This document shows positions 1 through 10,320 of a DNA stretch of 64,000 bases, one piece after another. The number at the start of each line of letters is the position of its first letter. Positions within the stretch are counted from its first letter, which is position 1. The stretch lies in assembly GCA_029553545.1 (NCBI GenBank), contig JAKPKU010000170.1, forward strand, positions 4,621 to 68,620, given 5' to 3'. Both the position numbers and the translations under genes were made by a program. The DNA is from Candidatus Cloacimonadota bacterium. Its GTDB lineage: Bacteria > Cloacimonadota > Cloacimonadia > Cloacimonadales > WRIO01. The notes below the pieces were generated by a model. The model was given only the letters and a program-made list of their open reading frames with translations, had not been told where the DNA came from and ran no database searches.

Positions 1-1
1 T

Positions 2-961
2 CTCAACAATACTCAGTATACACTTGCTGACCTTGTGCAACATAAAGTAATATCGCCTGCTGTTTATGTTTATCGTGATAATAAATATATTGCTTCAGAC
101 ATCATTTATGGGCATGAAGCCTTCTTTGTTTATACAAATTTAAATAATGCAACAAGTCTGATCTGTAACTTTACACCATACTATGACGGCGCTCGAGAGA
201 TTAGCAAACCTGAAATTGCTTGGACTGCAAAAATAAATATTATCCAACAAGATAGAGATGAGATTGTATTTGGTGTTAGTAATCACAAAATAGATGGTGT
301 CGATTTTATATTAGACTATCCAGAAGCGCCTGTAAAGAATCTTAACAATAATCTATCCTTCTATTTCCCTGTAGATCCGGAAGAGAATAACTACTCTTTT
401 AGCAGATTAAACCGATATCTCTACACTCCATTTAGCAATACAGATGAAGAAACAAAGGAATGGCACTTTGCTATAGACGTCAATGAATTATCTCCTATTA
501 CTCTGCAAGCAGACTTGTCAGACTTGCCAACTGGCTATTCAGTAAAAATAAATTTAAGTGGACAAACCTATGTGTTAAATGCAAATTCCCCTGAAATAAC
601 TTTTACCCCTGATGAAATTGGAACAATCAATGGTATTCTTATCGTTGGCAATCAATTTGTAAGTAGTGATGAACATATCGCAAAACCTTTCACTGTCAGT
701 GCTTATCCAAATCCATTTAATCCTATTACAAATATTGCCTTCAATCTTGCTACAGCTTCTGAGATTGAGATTAATATCTATAATATCAAGGGGCAAAAGG
801 TCACTACTATTATCAATGATAAATTACGTGCAGGCAATCATGTACTTCAATGGAATGGTAAAGATAAAAATGGCAAAGCATGTGCCTCAAATATCTATTT
901 TGCACAGGTTAAACTCAATGGAAAGCAGAGCGTAATCAAAAAGATAACTCTGCTAAAATAA
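2..961 (+). CDS. T9SS C-terminal sorting domain protein, 5' end cut by the window edge
   Basis: The frame is open from base 2 with no upstream stop, so the GTG at 35 is unlikely to be the true start. The last ~85 aa (YPNPFNPITNIAF..INIYNIKGQKV..LQWNGKDKNGKACASNIYFAQV) resemble a type-A Por/T9SS sorting tail. A hairpin terminator follows. Confidence 0.75.
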   Translation, partial: LNNTQYTLADLVQHKVISPAVYVYRDNKYIASDIIYGHEAFFVYTNLNNATSLICNFTPYYDGAREISKPEIAWTAKINIIQQDRDEIVFGVSNHKIDGVDFILDYPEAPVKNLNNNLSFYFPVDPEENNYSFSRLNRYLYTPFSNTDEETKEWHFAIDVNELSPITLQADLSDLPTGYSVKINLSGQTYVLNANSPEITFTPDEIGTINGILIVGNQFVSSDEHIAKPFTVSAYPNPFNPITNIAFNLATASEIEINIYNIKGQKVTTIINDKLRAGNHVLQWNGKDKNGKACASNIYFAQVKLNGKQSVIKKITLLK

Positions 962-975
962 CATAATTATTAGAA

Positions 976-1000
976 GACGCCCCTTAGTGGGCGTTTTTTA
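976..1000 (+). terminator. Rho-independent terminator
   Basis: Stem acgccc/gggcgt with a 6-nt loop, followed by a T-run, directly after the stop at 961. Confidence 0.7.
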
Positions 1001-1001
1001 C

Positions 1002-1030
1002 TTGACAAATTATCATCTTGAAATTTTAAT
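1002..1030 (+). promoter_or_regulatory. Sigma70-like promoter
   Basis: TTGACA, 17-nt spacer, TTTAAT, located upstream of the RBS aaaggag and the TTG start at 1087. Confidence 0.45.
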
Positions 1031-1086
1031 AATCAATTATAGTGTGAGGAGGTGTTTTTCATAATTATTAGATTAAAGGAGATCTT

Positions 1087-2082
1087 TTGAAACAAAATAT
1101 TTTATTAATCCTATTATTGTTTACTCTAAAAATAATAAGCGCTCAAGTAATAGAAGACCTAAACTTTAGCTGGTATTCACAAACTGATGAAAGATGGAAA
1201 TACGAGAACTTAGGGTATTCACGTTACAATACAATTGGTAGAAGCGGTTGTGTTTTAACATGTTTATCGATGCTATTCAACTCAGAAGCAAGTAATCCAC
1301 ACGTGACACCAGAAGAACTTAATGCTTGGCTTGTAAAAAACAATGGATATGCAGTGGCTGATATGCGCTGGGAAATAGTCGCAAAGTATGATGGAGTCGG
1401 CAAGGGCGTTGAGTTGGTCGGGCAGAGCAATAAACGTAATGATTGGAGCTTTATTTCCAACCACATTGACAAAGGCAATAAGATAATAGTAAAAGTCGGC
1501 TCGGCAAGAGGGCATTGGGTATTGATTACTGATAAAAAAGGCGCATACAACCGCTCAGCATCGTATGAAGTAAATGATCCAGGACTTGCGATTTATCGAA
1601 AAAGAACACTCGCCCATTGGGGTGGTTTTAGAGCTGCAAGAGCCTTCTCTGGCGACTGGGTGACTCGCGATCAGCTCACTATGAGCAATGATACGCAGCT
1701 TATCTCAACTGACAGCCTTGACGCTATTGTCTACAATGTCTATAATGTCATCAATCCAGCTGAGCTCTATGTGAATATTAAAAATAGCCTAAATGCCCCT
1801 ATTACAGGCTTTTTCATGCTGGGCGTTTATACAAATGAAAATAAATTTATCAATACAACTGGCTCGCCTTTACAGCTTACTATCAATCAAAATGAACAAA
1901 AAGAAGTACTGTTCCCAATTGAGGCTATAGATAATTTTTTAAAAAACAACTATCAAATTAAGCTAATCTATGCAAAGTCGCTCGATAAGTCTGGCTCACC
2001 ACAAAATGCATTAGTGTTAAACCCCAATGGAATTAACTCTTTCTCCTTCAATCAAGATAATGCAGAAATTATGACTCATTAG
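1087..2082 (+). CDS. Secreted papain-like cysteine peptidase, C39-like domain, with an uncharacterised C-terminal half
   Basis: Signal peptide (LLILLLFTLKIISAQ). Candidate catalytic Cys in GRSGCVLTCLSM and His in GHWVLITD, as in Peptidase_C39_2-type domains. TTG start preceded by aaaggag. Confidence 0.55.
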   Translation: MKQNILLILLLFTLKIISAQVIEDLNFSWYSQTDERWKYENLGYSRYNTIGRSGCVLTCLSMLFNSEASNPHVTPEELNAWLVKNNGYAVADMRWEIVAKYDGVGKGVELVGQSNKRNDWSFISNHIDKGNKIIVKVGSARGHWVLITDKKGAYNRSASYEVNDPGLAIYRKRTLAHWGGFRAARAFSGDWVTRDQLTMSNDTQLISTDSLDAIVYNVYNVINPAELYVNIKNSLNAPITGFFMLGVYTNENKFINTTGSPLQLTINQNEQKEVLFPIEAIDNFLKNNYQIKLIYAKSLDKSGSPQNALVLNPNGINSFSFNQDNAEIMTH

Positions 2083-2138
2083 CTTGTGAATAAATAATAA
2101 TACCACATAACATTTTCTAAATTTACAAATAAACAATC

Positions 2139-2169
2139 TCGACTCTCAATTCAAGGGTCGAGTTTTTTA
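2139..2169 (+). terminator. Rho-independent terminator
   Basis: Stem ctcgac/gtcgag followed by tttttt, after the stop at 2082. Confidence 0.65.
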
Positions 2170-2332
2170 ATTATCTTAGATCATTATGCCCATTGTTAAA
2201 GCAGAAGACTCTGACCAAAAGCCGCCTTTAATGCCAGCTAACCCTATTTTCTTTACCTATTACTCAAAACAGGTAAAAAATATATTGACTATTTAACCGC
2301 ATTATCTTTATTTACATTAAAGGGGTTTTGTA

Positions 2333-3634
2333 ATGAAAAATTACTATGGTTTTAAGCTTTCTATCATAATAATCAGCGTACTTATGATTATTTCATGCTC
2401 TGCTAAGCAAAAGCAAAAACAAGACAAAATTGAGATTAAGTTCTGGCACGCTTTAGGTGGTCCTTTAGGCGATGCACTCACACAACTCGTTGACGAGTAT
2501 AATCGTGAACAAGACAGCATCTTTGTCCGTGTGATCTCTATGGGCAATTACCAAGCTTTATCACAGAAATTAATGGCATCTTTACAGGCAAGTAATCAAC
2601 CTGAAATCGCTCAAGTCTTTGAGTCGTGGACAGCGAATTTCATCTCAGGCGATGTCTTAGTCCCTATAGATGAATTTATCGATGCTGACCCCGCCTTTAA
2701 AGCTCAAATTGATGACTTTTACCCCGTATTTATCCAGAGCAATACAATCAATGGTAAAATATGGTCTTTCCCTTTCAATAAATCTCTGCGTGTGCTTTTT
2801 TATAATAAAGACGCTTTTTATCGAGCAGGACTCGACTATGAGCGAGGACCCAAGGCTTGGGATGACTTCAAGCATTATGCCAAAGTCATGAGCATAGATA
2901 CCAATAATGACGGTGATTATGATGTGTTTGGCTCCACATTCGCCATTAGCGCTTGGCAATTTGAAAACCTCTTGCTGCAAGCAGGTGGAAGAATTATGAA
3001 TGATCAGTTAACAGAAGCGCGCTTCAATAGCCCTGCAGGCATTGAGGCAATCAAATTTATGGCAGACTTGCTCAATAATGAAAAAACCGTCTATCTCTCA
3101 ACAGGCTATGACGGTCAAAATGACTTCTTATCAGGTAAAATTGCCATGTTAGAGAGTTCCAGCGTCACCTATGCATACTTGCAAGAATCGGGCATCCCCT
3201 TCAATTTAGGCGTGGCTGCTATTCCTGAATACAAAAATAATAAATCAATCGTCAGCGGCACAAATGTTGCCATCTTTAAGATGAAAGATAAAGAAAAAGA
3301 AAAGGCTGCTTGGGAATTTATCAAGTGGTTTACCGACACCAAACAGACAGCAAGATTCTCCGAGATGACCTACTATATGCCTGTGCGTAAGAGCGCTATG
3401 CATGAAGATAATATCAAGGCTATGCTCGCTGAAAATAAAGGACTTGCCGACGTTTACGCAATGCTGGAAACAGCCGACTACGAGCCACAAATACCTGAGT
3501 GGTTTGAACTGCGTAAGTATATCGAAGAACAAGTAATAGAAAAAGTATTTCGTGGCATTTTACAGCCAAAAGAGGCTTTAGACCATGCTGCTGATAAACT
3601 AAATAAAGAAATAAAGAAAAATACAATAGAATAG
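2333..3634 (+). CDS. ABC transporter substrate-binding lipoprotein (sugar/CUT1-type, SBP family 1)
   Basis: Lipobox MIISCS. The length and motif pattern (KFWHALGGP, FYNKDAF, WDDF) are typical of extracellular solute-binding family 1. No permease gene is adjacent. Confidence 0.75.
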   Translation: MKNYYGFKLSIIIISVLMIISCSAKQKQKQDKIEIKFWHALGGPLGDALTQLVDEYNREQDSIFVRVISMGNYQALSQKLMASLQASNQPEIAQVFESWTANFISGDVLVPIDEFIDADPAFKAQIDDFYPVFIQSNTINGKIWSFPFNKSLRVLFYNKDAFYRAGLDYERGPKAWDDFKHYAKVMSIDTNNDGDYDVFGSTFAISAWQFENLLLQAGGRIMNDQLTEARFNSPAGIEAIKFMADLLNNEKTVYLSTGYDGQNDFLSGKIAMLESSSVTYAYLQESGIPFNLGVAAIPEYKNNKSIVSGTNVAIFKMKDKEKEKAAWEFIKWFTDTKQTARFSEMTYYMPVRKSAMHEDNIKAMLAENKGLADVYAMLETADYEPQIPEWFELRKYIEEQVIEKVFRGILQPKEALDHAADKLNKEIKKNTIE

Positions 3635-3642
3635 GAGATTTT

Positions 3643-5562
3643 ATGATTAATATTACCTTTCCAGATAAAAGTATAAAGGAATTTCCAGAAGGGATTACAC
3701 CTGATGAAATAGCAAAAGGTATCAGCCAAAACCTCGCTCTGAGAGTCGTCGCTGCTGAATTCAATGGCAAAATGATCGATTATAATATGCCGCTCAATAA
3801 TGATGGCGAACTTACTCTCCATACATTTGAAACAGATAAAGGCAAAGAAGTCTTTTGGCACAGTAGCTCACACTTAATGGCACAAGCTGTCAAAGAGCTT
3901 TATCCAGACGTTTTGGTTACCATCGGACCTGCTATTGAAAATGGCTTTTACTACGACTTTGATAGAGATGATGCCTTTACTGAGGAAGAACTCGAAGAGA
4001 TAGAAAAAAAGATGTATGATATAGCAAAACAAGACCTTGTCTATACCAGAAAAGAATTGTCAAGAAATGAAACTCTAAAGCTTTTCAGCGATATGGGGGA
4101 GACCTATAAGGTAGAAATCCTCAATGAAATACCTGAAAATGAGACTATCTCTATGTACACACAGGGTACCTTTACTGACCTCTGCCGTGGACCACATGTA
4201 ATACATACAGGCAAACTCAAAGCTTTTAAACTATTAAGAACTTCTGGCGCTTATTGGCGTGGAGACGAAAAGAATAAAATGCTCAAGAGAATATATGGCA
4301 TCAGCTTTCCAACCAAAAAGGAGTTGACTGAGTATTTACAAAGAATAGAAGAGGCTAAAAAGAGAGACCATCGAAAGATCGGTAAAGAATTAGACTTATT
4401 CTCTATCTCTGATAATATTGGCGCTGGCTTAGTCCTCTGGCATCCAAATGGTGCAATGATGCGCCACCTCGTAGAAAGCCACTGGAAGGAAAGACATTTA
4501 CAAGCCGATTATAGCTTAGTAAATACTCCACATATCGGGCGTGGTGATCTATGGGTTACCTCTGGGCACTTAGGCTTCTACAGCGATTCTATGTACTCAC
4601 CAATGAGCATTGACGAGCAAGACTATTATATCAAACCAATGAACTGCCCCTTCCATATCGAGATTTATAATACACAAAAGAGAAGCTACCGTGAATTACC
4701 GCTCAGATACTGCGAATTAGGAACTGTTTACCGCTATGAACGCTCAGGCGTATTGCATGGACTAATGCGTGTCCGTGGCTTTACCCAAGATGACGCACAT
4801 ATTATCTGCACCTCTGATCAGTTGATGGAAGAGATTGAGAGAACTGTTGAGTTTTCTATCTCTATGCTCAATGACTTCGGTTTTAAAGAATTTCAAATCT
4901 TCTTATCAACCAAGCCAGAAAAGTCTGTAGGTGAAGATGCTGACTGGCAACAGGCAACAGAATCTCTTGAAAATGCTTTAAAGAAACTGAATTTAGAATA
5001 TGATGTGGACGAAGGTGGCGGTGCTTTTTACGGTCCAAAGATCGATATCAAAATCAAAGACGCCTTAGGTAGAGCTTGGCAGTGTAGCACAATTCAGTTT
5101 GACTTTAATGAACCTGTGCGCTTTAATATGGAATATATCGGCTCTGACAATCAAGCGCATCGACCATTCATGGTTCACAGAGCACTATTAGGCTCAATCG
5201 AAAGATTCTTTGGCACACTTATCGAGCATTATGCAGGCAATTTCCCAACCTGGCTTTGCCCAGTCCAAGGTATCATCTTAAATATCACTGAAGATACTCA
5301 GCACTATGCACGCCGCATCCAAAAGCGCTTCAAAGAGCAGAATATCCGTATGGAACTCGATGCAAGAAATGAAAAGATAGGCTATAAAATCAGAGAAGCT
5401 GAGATGAGAAAGATACCATATATCCTTATCATCGGCGAAAAAGAAGAAGATTCCAATACCGTCTCGCTCAGACGCCACACTCAAGGTGATTTAGGCTCCA
5501 AAGAAATTAATGATGTCATTGCTATGATGAAAGAAGATATTGACAGTAAAGGAAATAACTAA
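3643..5562 (+). CDS. thrS: Threonine--tRNA ligase
   Basis: 639 aa with a TGS-type N-terminus (MINITFPDKSIKEFPEGITP). Class II core motifs are present (RVRGFTQDDAHI, HRALLGSIERF), plus an anticodon-binding C-terminus. Confidence 0.95.
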   Translation: MINITFPDKSIKEFPEGITPDEIAKGISQNLALRVVAAEFNGKMIDYNMPLNNDGELTLHTFETDKGKEVFWHSSSHLMAQAVKELYPDVLVTIGPAIENGFYYDFDRDDAFTEEELEEIEKKMYDIAKQDLVYTRKELSRNETLKLFSDMGETYKVEILNEIPENETISMYTQGTFTDLCRGPHVIHTGKLKAFKLLRTSGAYWRGDEKNKMLKRIYGISFPTKKELTEYLQRIEEAKKRDHRKIGKELDLFSISDNIGAGLVLWHPNGAMMRHLVESHWKERHLQADYSLVNTPHIGRGDLWVTSGHLGFYSDSMYSPMSIDEQDYYIKPMNCPFHIEIYNTQKRSYRELPLRYCELGTVYRYERSGVLHGLMRVRGFTQDDAHIICTSDQLMEEIERTVEFSISMLNDFGFKEFQIFLSTKPEKSVGEDADWQQATESLENALKKLNLEYDVDEGGGAFYGPKIDIKIKDALGRAWQCSTIQFDFNEPVRFNMEYIGSDNQAHRPFMVHRALLGSIERFFGTLIEHYAGNFPTWLCPVQGIILNITEDTQHYARRIQKRFKEQNIRMELDARNEKIGYKIREAEMRKIPYILIIGEKEEDSNTVSLRRHTQGDLGSKEINDVIAMMKEDIDSKGNN

Positions 5563-5590
5563 ACTGCCGTTTTCTTATACGGAGAAATAG

Positions 5591-6556
5591 ATGAATATAA
5601 AAGAATTTGTAAAAAAGCAAATGAAGCTCGAGGCTGACTCTATCATGAGAGCCTCCGAGCTGATTGACGATAATGTCGAAAAGGCTATCGAACTCATTAT
5701 CAGCTGTTCAGGAAAAGTTGTTGCTATCGGCATGGGTAAGTCTGGTATCATTGCCAAAAAGATATCTGCTACCCTCGCTTCAACAGGCACAACCTCTATT
5801 TTCTTGCATCCAGCTGAAGGCATACATGGCGATTTGGGTATGCTACAAAAAAATGATGTCGTCATAGCTATTTCCCAAAGTGGCAATACGCAAGAAGTTG
5901 TCGCTGTGATTCCCTATATCAAGTTTCTCAAAATCCCCTTGATCGCTATTACAGGCAATCAAAACTCTATTCTCGCTCAAAATGCCGATGTGGTATTAAA
6001 TAGCTCTATACCTGAGGGGTATGAGCCTTTTAATATGGTGCCCACTTGTAGCGCCGTTGTCCAACTGAGCTTGGGCGACGCTTTGGCAGTTGCACTTTTA
6101 GAAAAGAAAGAGTTTAAAATCAATGACTATGCTCTCTTTCATCCTGGCGGCACCATTGGCAAAAAACTCTTGCTCAAGGTATCTGATTTAATGCACAGTG
6201 GAGAAGAAAATCCCACTATCTATCAAGATGAGTGCATGAAAGAAGCAATTGTCTTGATGACCTCAAAGGGCTTAGGCTGTGCAAATGTTATCGATAAAGA
6301 CAAAAAGCTTATGGGCATTATCACTGACGGCGATCTCAGACGTTTTCTCGCCAAGGGTAATATTAGTTTAGATATCTCAGTAAATGATATTATGACCAAA
6401 AACCCCAAACGTATGAAGACAGAACAACTCGCTGTTGAAGCGCTTAATCTCATGGAAAAATATAAAATTACTATGCTACCTATTGTTGACGATGATGACT
6501 GCTCTGTAGGTTTGCTACACATGCACGATCTGATTCGCTCTGGGGTTGTAACATAA
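5591..6556 (+). CDS. kdsD: KpsF/GutQ-family arabinose-5-phosphate isomerase (SIS domain plus tandem CBS domains)
   Basis: SIS motif VVAIGMGKSG, then two CBS-like repeats in the C-terminal third. 321 aa. Confidence 0.85.
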   Translation: MNIKEFVKKQMKLEADSIMRASELIDDNVEKAIELIISCSGKVVAIGMGKSGIIAKKISATLASTGTTSIFLHPAEGIHGDLGMLQKNDVVIAISQSGNTQEVVAVIPYIKFLKIPLIAITGNQNSILAQNADVVLNSSIPEGYEPFNMVPTCSAVVQLSLGDALAVALLEKKEFKINDYALFHPGGTIGKKLLLKVSDLMHSGEENPTIYQDECMKEAIVLMTSKGLGCANVIDKDKKLMGIITDGDLRRFLAKGNISLDISVNDIMTKNPKRMKTEQLAVEALNLMEKYKITMLPIVDDDDCSVGLLHMHDLIRSGVVT

Positions 6557-6572
6557 ATACTTAGGAGGAAAA

Positions 6573-7610
6573 ATGGATAAGGTAAATTTCGCATTAATAG
6601 GCTGTGGACGTATATCTGATAGGCACTTTGAGGCTATTGCAAATATTCCTGAGGCAGAAATTATCGCCTGTTGTGATATCATAGAAAGCAGAGCGATTGA
6701 AGCAAGCAAAAAGTATAAAGTTAGCAAATATTATACTGACTATAAAGAAATGCTCGACAAAGAAGAAGTTCATGCCGTATTAATTTGTGGACCAAGTGGT
6801 TTGCACTCTGAAATGGGTATAGAAGCAGCGAAGAGAAAGATTAATGTTGTCACAGAAAAACCAATGTCAATCAATCTTTCACAAGCAGATGATCTGATAA
6901 AGGCTTGCGATCATAATCAAGTAAATTTATTTGTGGTAAAACAAAATAGATTAAACCCCTCTATCCAATTACTAAAAAAGGCTATAGATAAAGGACGCTT
7001 CGGCAGAATCTTCAGTGTCAATGCAACTGTACGCTGGGCAAGACCTCAGTCATATTATGATATGGCAAAATGGCGTGGAACTTGGGAGTTTGACGGCGGT
7101 GCTTTTCTCAATCAAGCCTCACACTATTTTGATTTACTCTATTGGTTAGTTGGTCCTGTTGACTCTGTCATGGCTATGACAGCCACCCTCAATCACCAAA
7201 TTGAAGTGGAAGATATGGGCAGTGGGCTCATCAGATTCAGAAATGGTGCTATCGGTACAGTTGAAGTTACTATGAATATCTTCCCACGCAATCTCGAAGG
7301 CTCTATCACCATTATGGGTGAAAATGGCACTGTAAAAATCGGCGGTATTGCTGTCAATAAAATCGACCACTGGGAATTTAAAGATTATGATGATGATGAT
7401 CGCTTTGTTACTGACTCATCGACCGCTCCATCAAGCGTTTATGGCTTTGGTCATACAGGCTTCTTAACTAATGTCGTCAATGTCTTGCAAGGGAAAGCTG
7501 AACCCAATACTGATGGAAGAAATGGTCGTAAATCATTAGAAATAATCCTGGCTATGTACGAATCTGCACGCATCGGTGAAAAGGTCTCATTGCCTTTAAA
7601 AACAGTATAA
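6573..7610 (+). CDS. Gfo/Idh/MocA-family NAD(P)-dependent oxidoreductase
   Basis: N-terminal Rossmann motif ALIGCGRISDRH and the EKP motif (VVTEKPMS). 345 aa. Confidence 0.8.
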   Translation: MDKVNFALIGCGRISDRHFEAIANIPEAEIIACCDIIESRAIEASKKYKVSKYYTDYKEMLDKEEVHAVLICGPSGLHSEMGIEAAKRKINVVTEKPMSINLSQADDLIKACDHNQVNLFVVKQNRLNPSIQLLKKAIDKGRFGRIFSVNATVRWARPQSYYDMAKWRGTWEFDGGAFLNQASHYFDLLYWLVGPVDSVMAMTATLNHQIEVEDMGSGLIRFRNGAIGTVEVTMNIFPRNLEGSITIMGENGTVKIGGIAVNKIDHWEFKDYDDDDRFVTDSSTAPSSVYGFGHTGFLTNVVNVLQGKAEPNTDGRNGRKSLEIILAMYESARIGEKVSLPLKTV

Positions 7611-7630
7611 ATCAAGAACTTATAATAAAG

Positions 7631-7661
7631 AAAAGGGCAGGTATTAAGCCTGCCCTTTTTT
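7631..7661. terminator. Bidirectional hairpin terminator between convergent genes
   Basis: Stem gggcagg/cctgccc flanked by an A-run on the left and a T-run on the right. It lies between the stop at 7610 (+) and the htpG stop at 7679 (-). Confidence 0.75.
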
Positions 7662-7678
7662 ATATTAAACCGAAATTA

Positions 7679-9490
7679 CTAAATCATGGTGAGTATCTTA
7701 TTAGCCTTTTGAATAAAGGACTGCAATTCCTCGCCTGTAAACCTCTTCTGCTCAAGCATTGCCAAATCATGGATATAGCCTGCAAGCACAGATGCATCCT
7801 CGGTCTTGCCTGCTTCGTTCAGCTCTACTACTTTTTTCACAGTTGGGTTTTCCACATTAATAACTAAGGTATGATTTTTCAACATATCAGCGCCGCCAAG
7901 ACCCTGATTTAATGCATTCATCTCGGTGAAACGACGCATAAATTCATCAAATATCACCATGCCAGGGATACTGTCTGTTTTCAGGTGTTTGGGCTCAATA
8001 GTCACACTCTCATTATTCAATGCCTTCGCAAATTCCTCTTTGATTTTATCTGACTCAGTTTTATTATCAGCGTCAACAATCTCTGTTTTGCTATTGTCAA
8101 TCAAGGTGTCATTTATCTCAGAGTCTATGCGTACAAAGCGGATATCCTGCTTTTTCATCTCAATATGTTGCAATAAGTGCGTGTCTAAAACGCTGTCACA
8201 GAAGATCACTTCCAAGCCTTGCTCTTTGATCAAATTCAACAGAGATACTTGCGTGTTTTCACTTATACCATAGTAAATCTTCTTGGGCTTTTCTTCAGAC
8301 GCATTTCTCTCAAGATACTGATCTACAGTGATATAATCGCCTTTCGATGACTTAAAGATAAGGTAATCGACCATCGATTCAGAAAACTCTTCTTCTGTCA
8401 GCACACCATATTTTACAAACTGATTGACATCTTCCCAATATTCTTCATATTTGCTGCGGTTTTCAGTAAAGGTCTCTTTAAATTGGTCAGCAACTTTTCT
8501 GATGATATATTTCTTAATCTTTTGCACTTCTTTATCATTTTGCAAAAAGCTTCTCGAGACGTTCAATGGAATATCTGGTACATCAATCCCGCCACGTAAC
8601 ATAGTCAAAAACTCAGGGATAAATTCTTTCAAGTTATCTGCCACAAACACATTGTTGCAATATAGCTTGACTAAACCTCGGGTGAGCTCTATCTCATTTT
8701 TTAATTTAGGGAAGTACAGGATACCTTTCAAATTAAAAGGAAAATCAAGGTTCAAGTGTATCTGAAAGAGAGGGTCTTGCCAGTCATGAAAAACCTTTTT
8801 GTAAAACTCTTTGTACTCCTCTTCTGTAACGTCTTTTGGCTTTCTATTCCACAGCGCCTCTTGCTGATTGACCACGTCTTTACCCAAAAGAATCGGATAA
8901 GGCATAAAGTTGCAATACTTTTCAAGTATTTCTTTCATTTTTGCTTCTTCAAGATATTCCTCAGCTTCATCATTGAGATGCATGGTAATTGTCGTCCCAA
9001 TTTTCTTTCTTTTGCCTTCACTAATCTTGTAATCAGTTGAACCATCACACTCCCAAAACGCTGGCTGGCTGCCCTCTGTCATGGAAAGTGAATCTATTGT
9101 TACCTTCTTGGATACCATGAATGATGAATAAAAACCAAGACCAAAGTGTCCAATTATATTATTCTGCTGATCTTTAAACTTCTCTACAAAGTCCTCAGCT
9201 CCTGAAAAAGCAATCTGATTGATATACTTCTCAATCTCTTCCTGAGTCATACCAATACCACTGTCTATTACCTTGATGGTCTTCTTCTTTTTATCAAGCT
9301 CAACTTCCACTCGCAGCTCTTCGTTTTTAACTGATGGATCTATCGCCTTACGCTTATTAAGGGCATCAATTGCATTTGACACAAGCTCACGAATAAAGAT
9401 ATCATGCTCGGAATAAAGCCACTTCTTTATTATCGGAAAAATGTTTTCTGTGTGAATACTTAAATTACCTTGTTTAACTTCTTTAGCCAT
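7679..9490 (-). CDS. htpG: Molecular chaperone HtpG (Hsp90 family)
   Basis: GHKL ATPase N-terminus (RELVSNAIDALNK, DSGIGMT, GHFGLGFYS). 603 aa. RBS ggagg. Confidence 0.95.
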   Translation of the reverse strand: MAKEVKQGNLSIHTENIFPIIKKWLYSEHDIFIRELVSNAIDALNKRKAIDPSVKNEELRVEVELDKKKKTIKVIDSGIGMTQEEIEKYINQIAFSGAEDFVEKFKDQQNNIIGHFGLGFYSSFMVSKKVTIDSLSMTEGSQPAFWECDGSTDYKISEGKRKKIGTTITMHLNDEAEEYLEEAKMKEILEKYCNFMPYPILLGKDVVNQQEALWNRKPKDVTEEEYKEFYKKVFHDWQDPLFQIHLNLDFPFNLKGILYFPKLKNEIELTRGLVKLYCNNVFVADNLKEFIPEFLTMLRGGIDVPDIPLNVSRSFLQNDKEVQKIKKYIIRKVADQFKETFTENRSKYEEYWEDVNQFVKYGVLTEEEFSESMVDYLIFKSSKGDYITVDQYLERNASEEKPKKIYYGISENTQVSLLNLIKEQGLEVIFCDSVLDTHLLQHIEMKKQDIRFVRIDSEINDTLIDNSKTEIVDADNKTESDKIKEEFAKALNNESVTIEPKHLKTDSIPGMVIFDEFMRRFTEMNALNQGLGGADMLKNHTLVINVENPTVKKVVELNEAGKTEDASVLAGYIHDLAMLEQKRFTGEELQSFIQKANKILTMI

Positions 9491-9651
9491 TTTAATTCCT
9501 CCAATTTAATTTTTAATTCTATATACAATATAAATTGAATAGGAAATTTGTCAACAAGAATCTTAGCACTCTGCAAAAAAGACTGCCAAACAAGGGAGAG
9601 CGGCAAGCGTTTATTATTGTAAAAGAGGGGTTTAGATTCGCTTTCAGACCG

Positions 9652-10320
9652 TCATTCAAGCAAATCTATCTCTACAGGCTCACTTTCTTCTTTATTATCT
9701 ATTTTATTGTCATTATCTTTCATAAAATCAAGAGACTTTTTGCTCTCTAAAGGCGTTTTGCTCAGTGATACAAACTTCACATTTTGTGATGAAACACGCA
9801 TACCCAGCGAGTATAAGAGCGATCCTTTCATCAACTTTGCCAGGCTATTAAACTGTTTGAAAATACTCATAATAAACTCAATGCTCATATCCTTAATCAG
9901 CGTCCCATAGCGCTTTTGAGCACGATATACAAAATATATAAACATACTAAATGCAGAGACGCCCTGAGTCCGCTTTTGCCTGGTATTTATCTTATAAATC
10001 TTCGCATAATCGGCAAATAAAGACTTTATCGGCAAGTCCATACCTTGCCACAATGCACATAAATAGGGCTGATTATTTTTGATAGCGATATTTTGCGGCA
10101 AAATAGCCCTCTTCACGGGCTTACGTAGGATCACCACATTATTATTGGCATAATACGCTAAGATACTCTCGCCGATCCTCTTCGGAAACTTATGGTCTCC
10201 CGTCAAATAAACTCTCAATTTCCCTCCCTTTCTTCTGATAAAACACTTTTTTTCTACTCTAATTCCCTTGACATTCCCCTTGCTATCTTGGAGAATGAAC
10301 GGAAAACTAAAGGACATCAA
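9652..10320 (-). CDS. Hypothetical basic protein; gene status and start uncertain
   Basis: 222-aa ORF with no recognisable family. It has a TTG/ATG start without a Shine-Dalgarno site, unlike its neighbours. Its first ~25 codons overlap copy C of dispersed repeat X. Confidence 0.35.
   Translation of the reverse strand: MMSFSFPFILQDSKGNVKGIRVEKKCFIRRKGGKLRVYLTGDHKFPKRIGESILAYYANNNVVILRKPVKRAILPQNIAIKNNQPYLCALWQGMDLPIKSLFADYAKIYKINTRQKRTQGVSAFSMFIYFVYRAQKRYGTLIKDMSIEFIMSIFKQFNSLAKLMKGSLLYSLGMRVSSQNVKFVSLSKTPLESKKSLDFMKDNDNKIDNKEESEPVEIDLLE

Noticed and set aside
9535-9910. Plus-strand ORFs 9535-9750 and 9707-9910.
   Set aside because: - They overlap the htpG promoter region and lie antisense to ORF 9652-10320.
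- They have no RBS.
- They have a hydrophobic, low-information composition.
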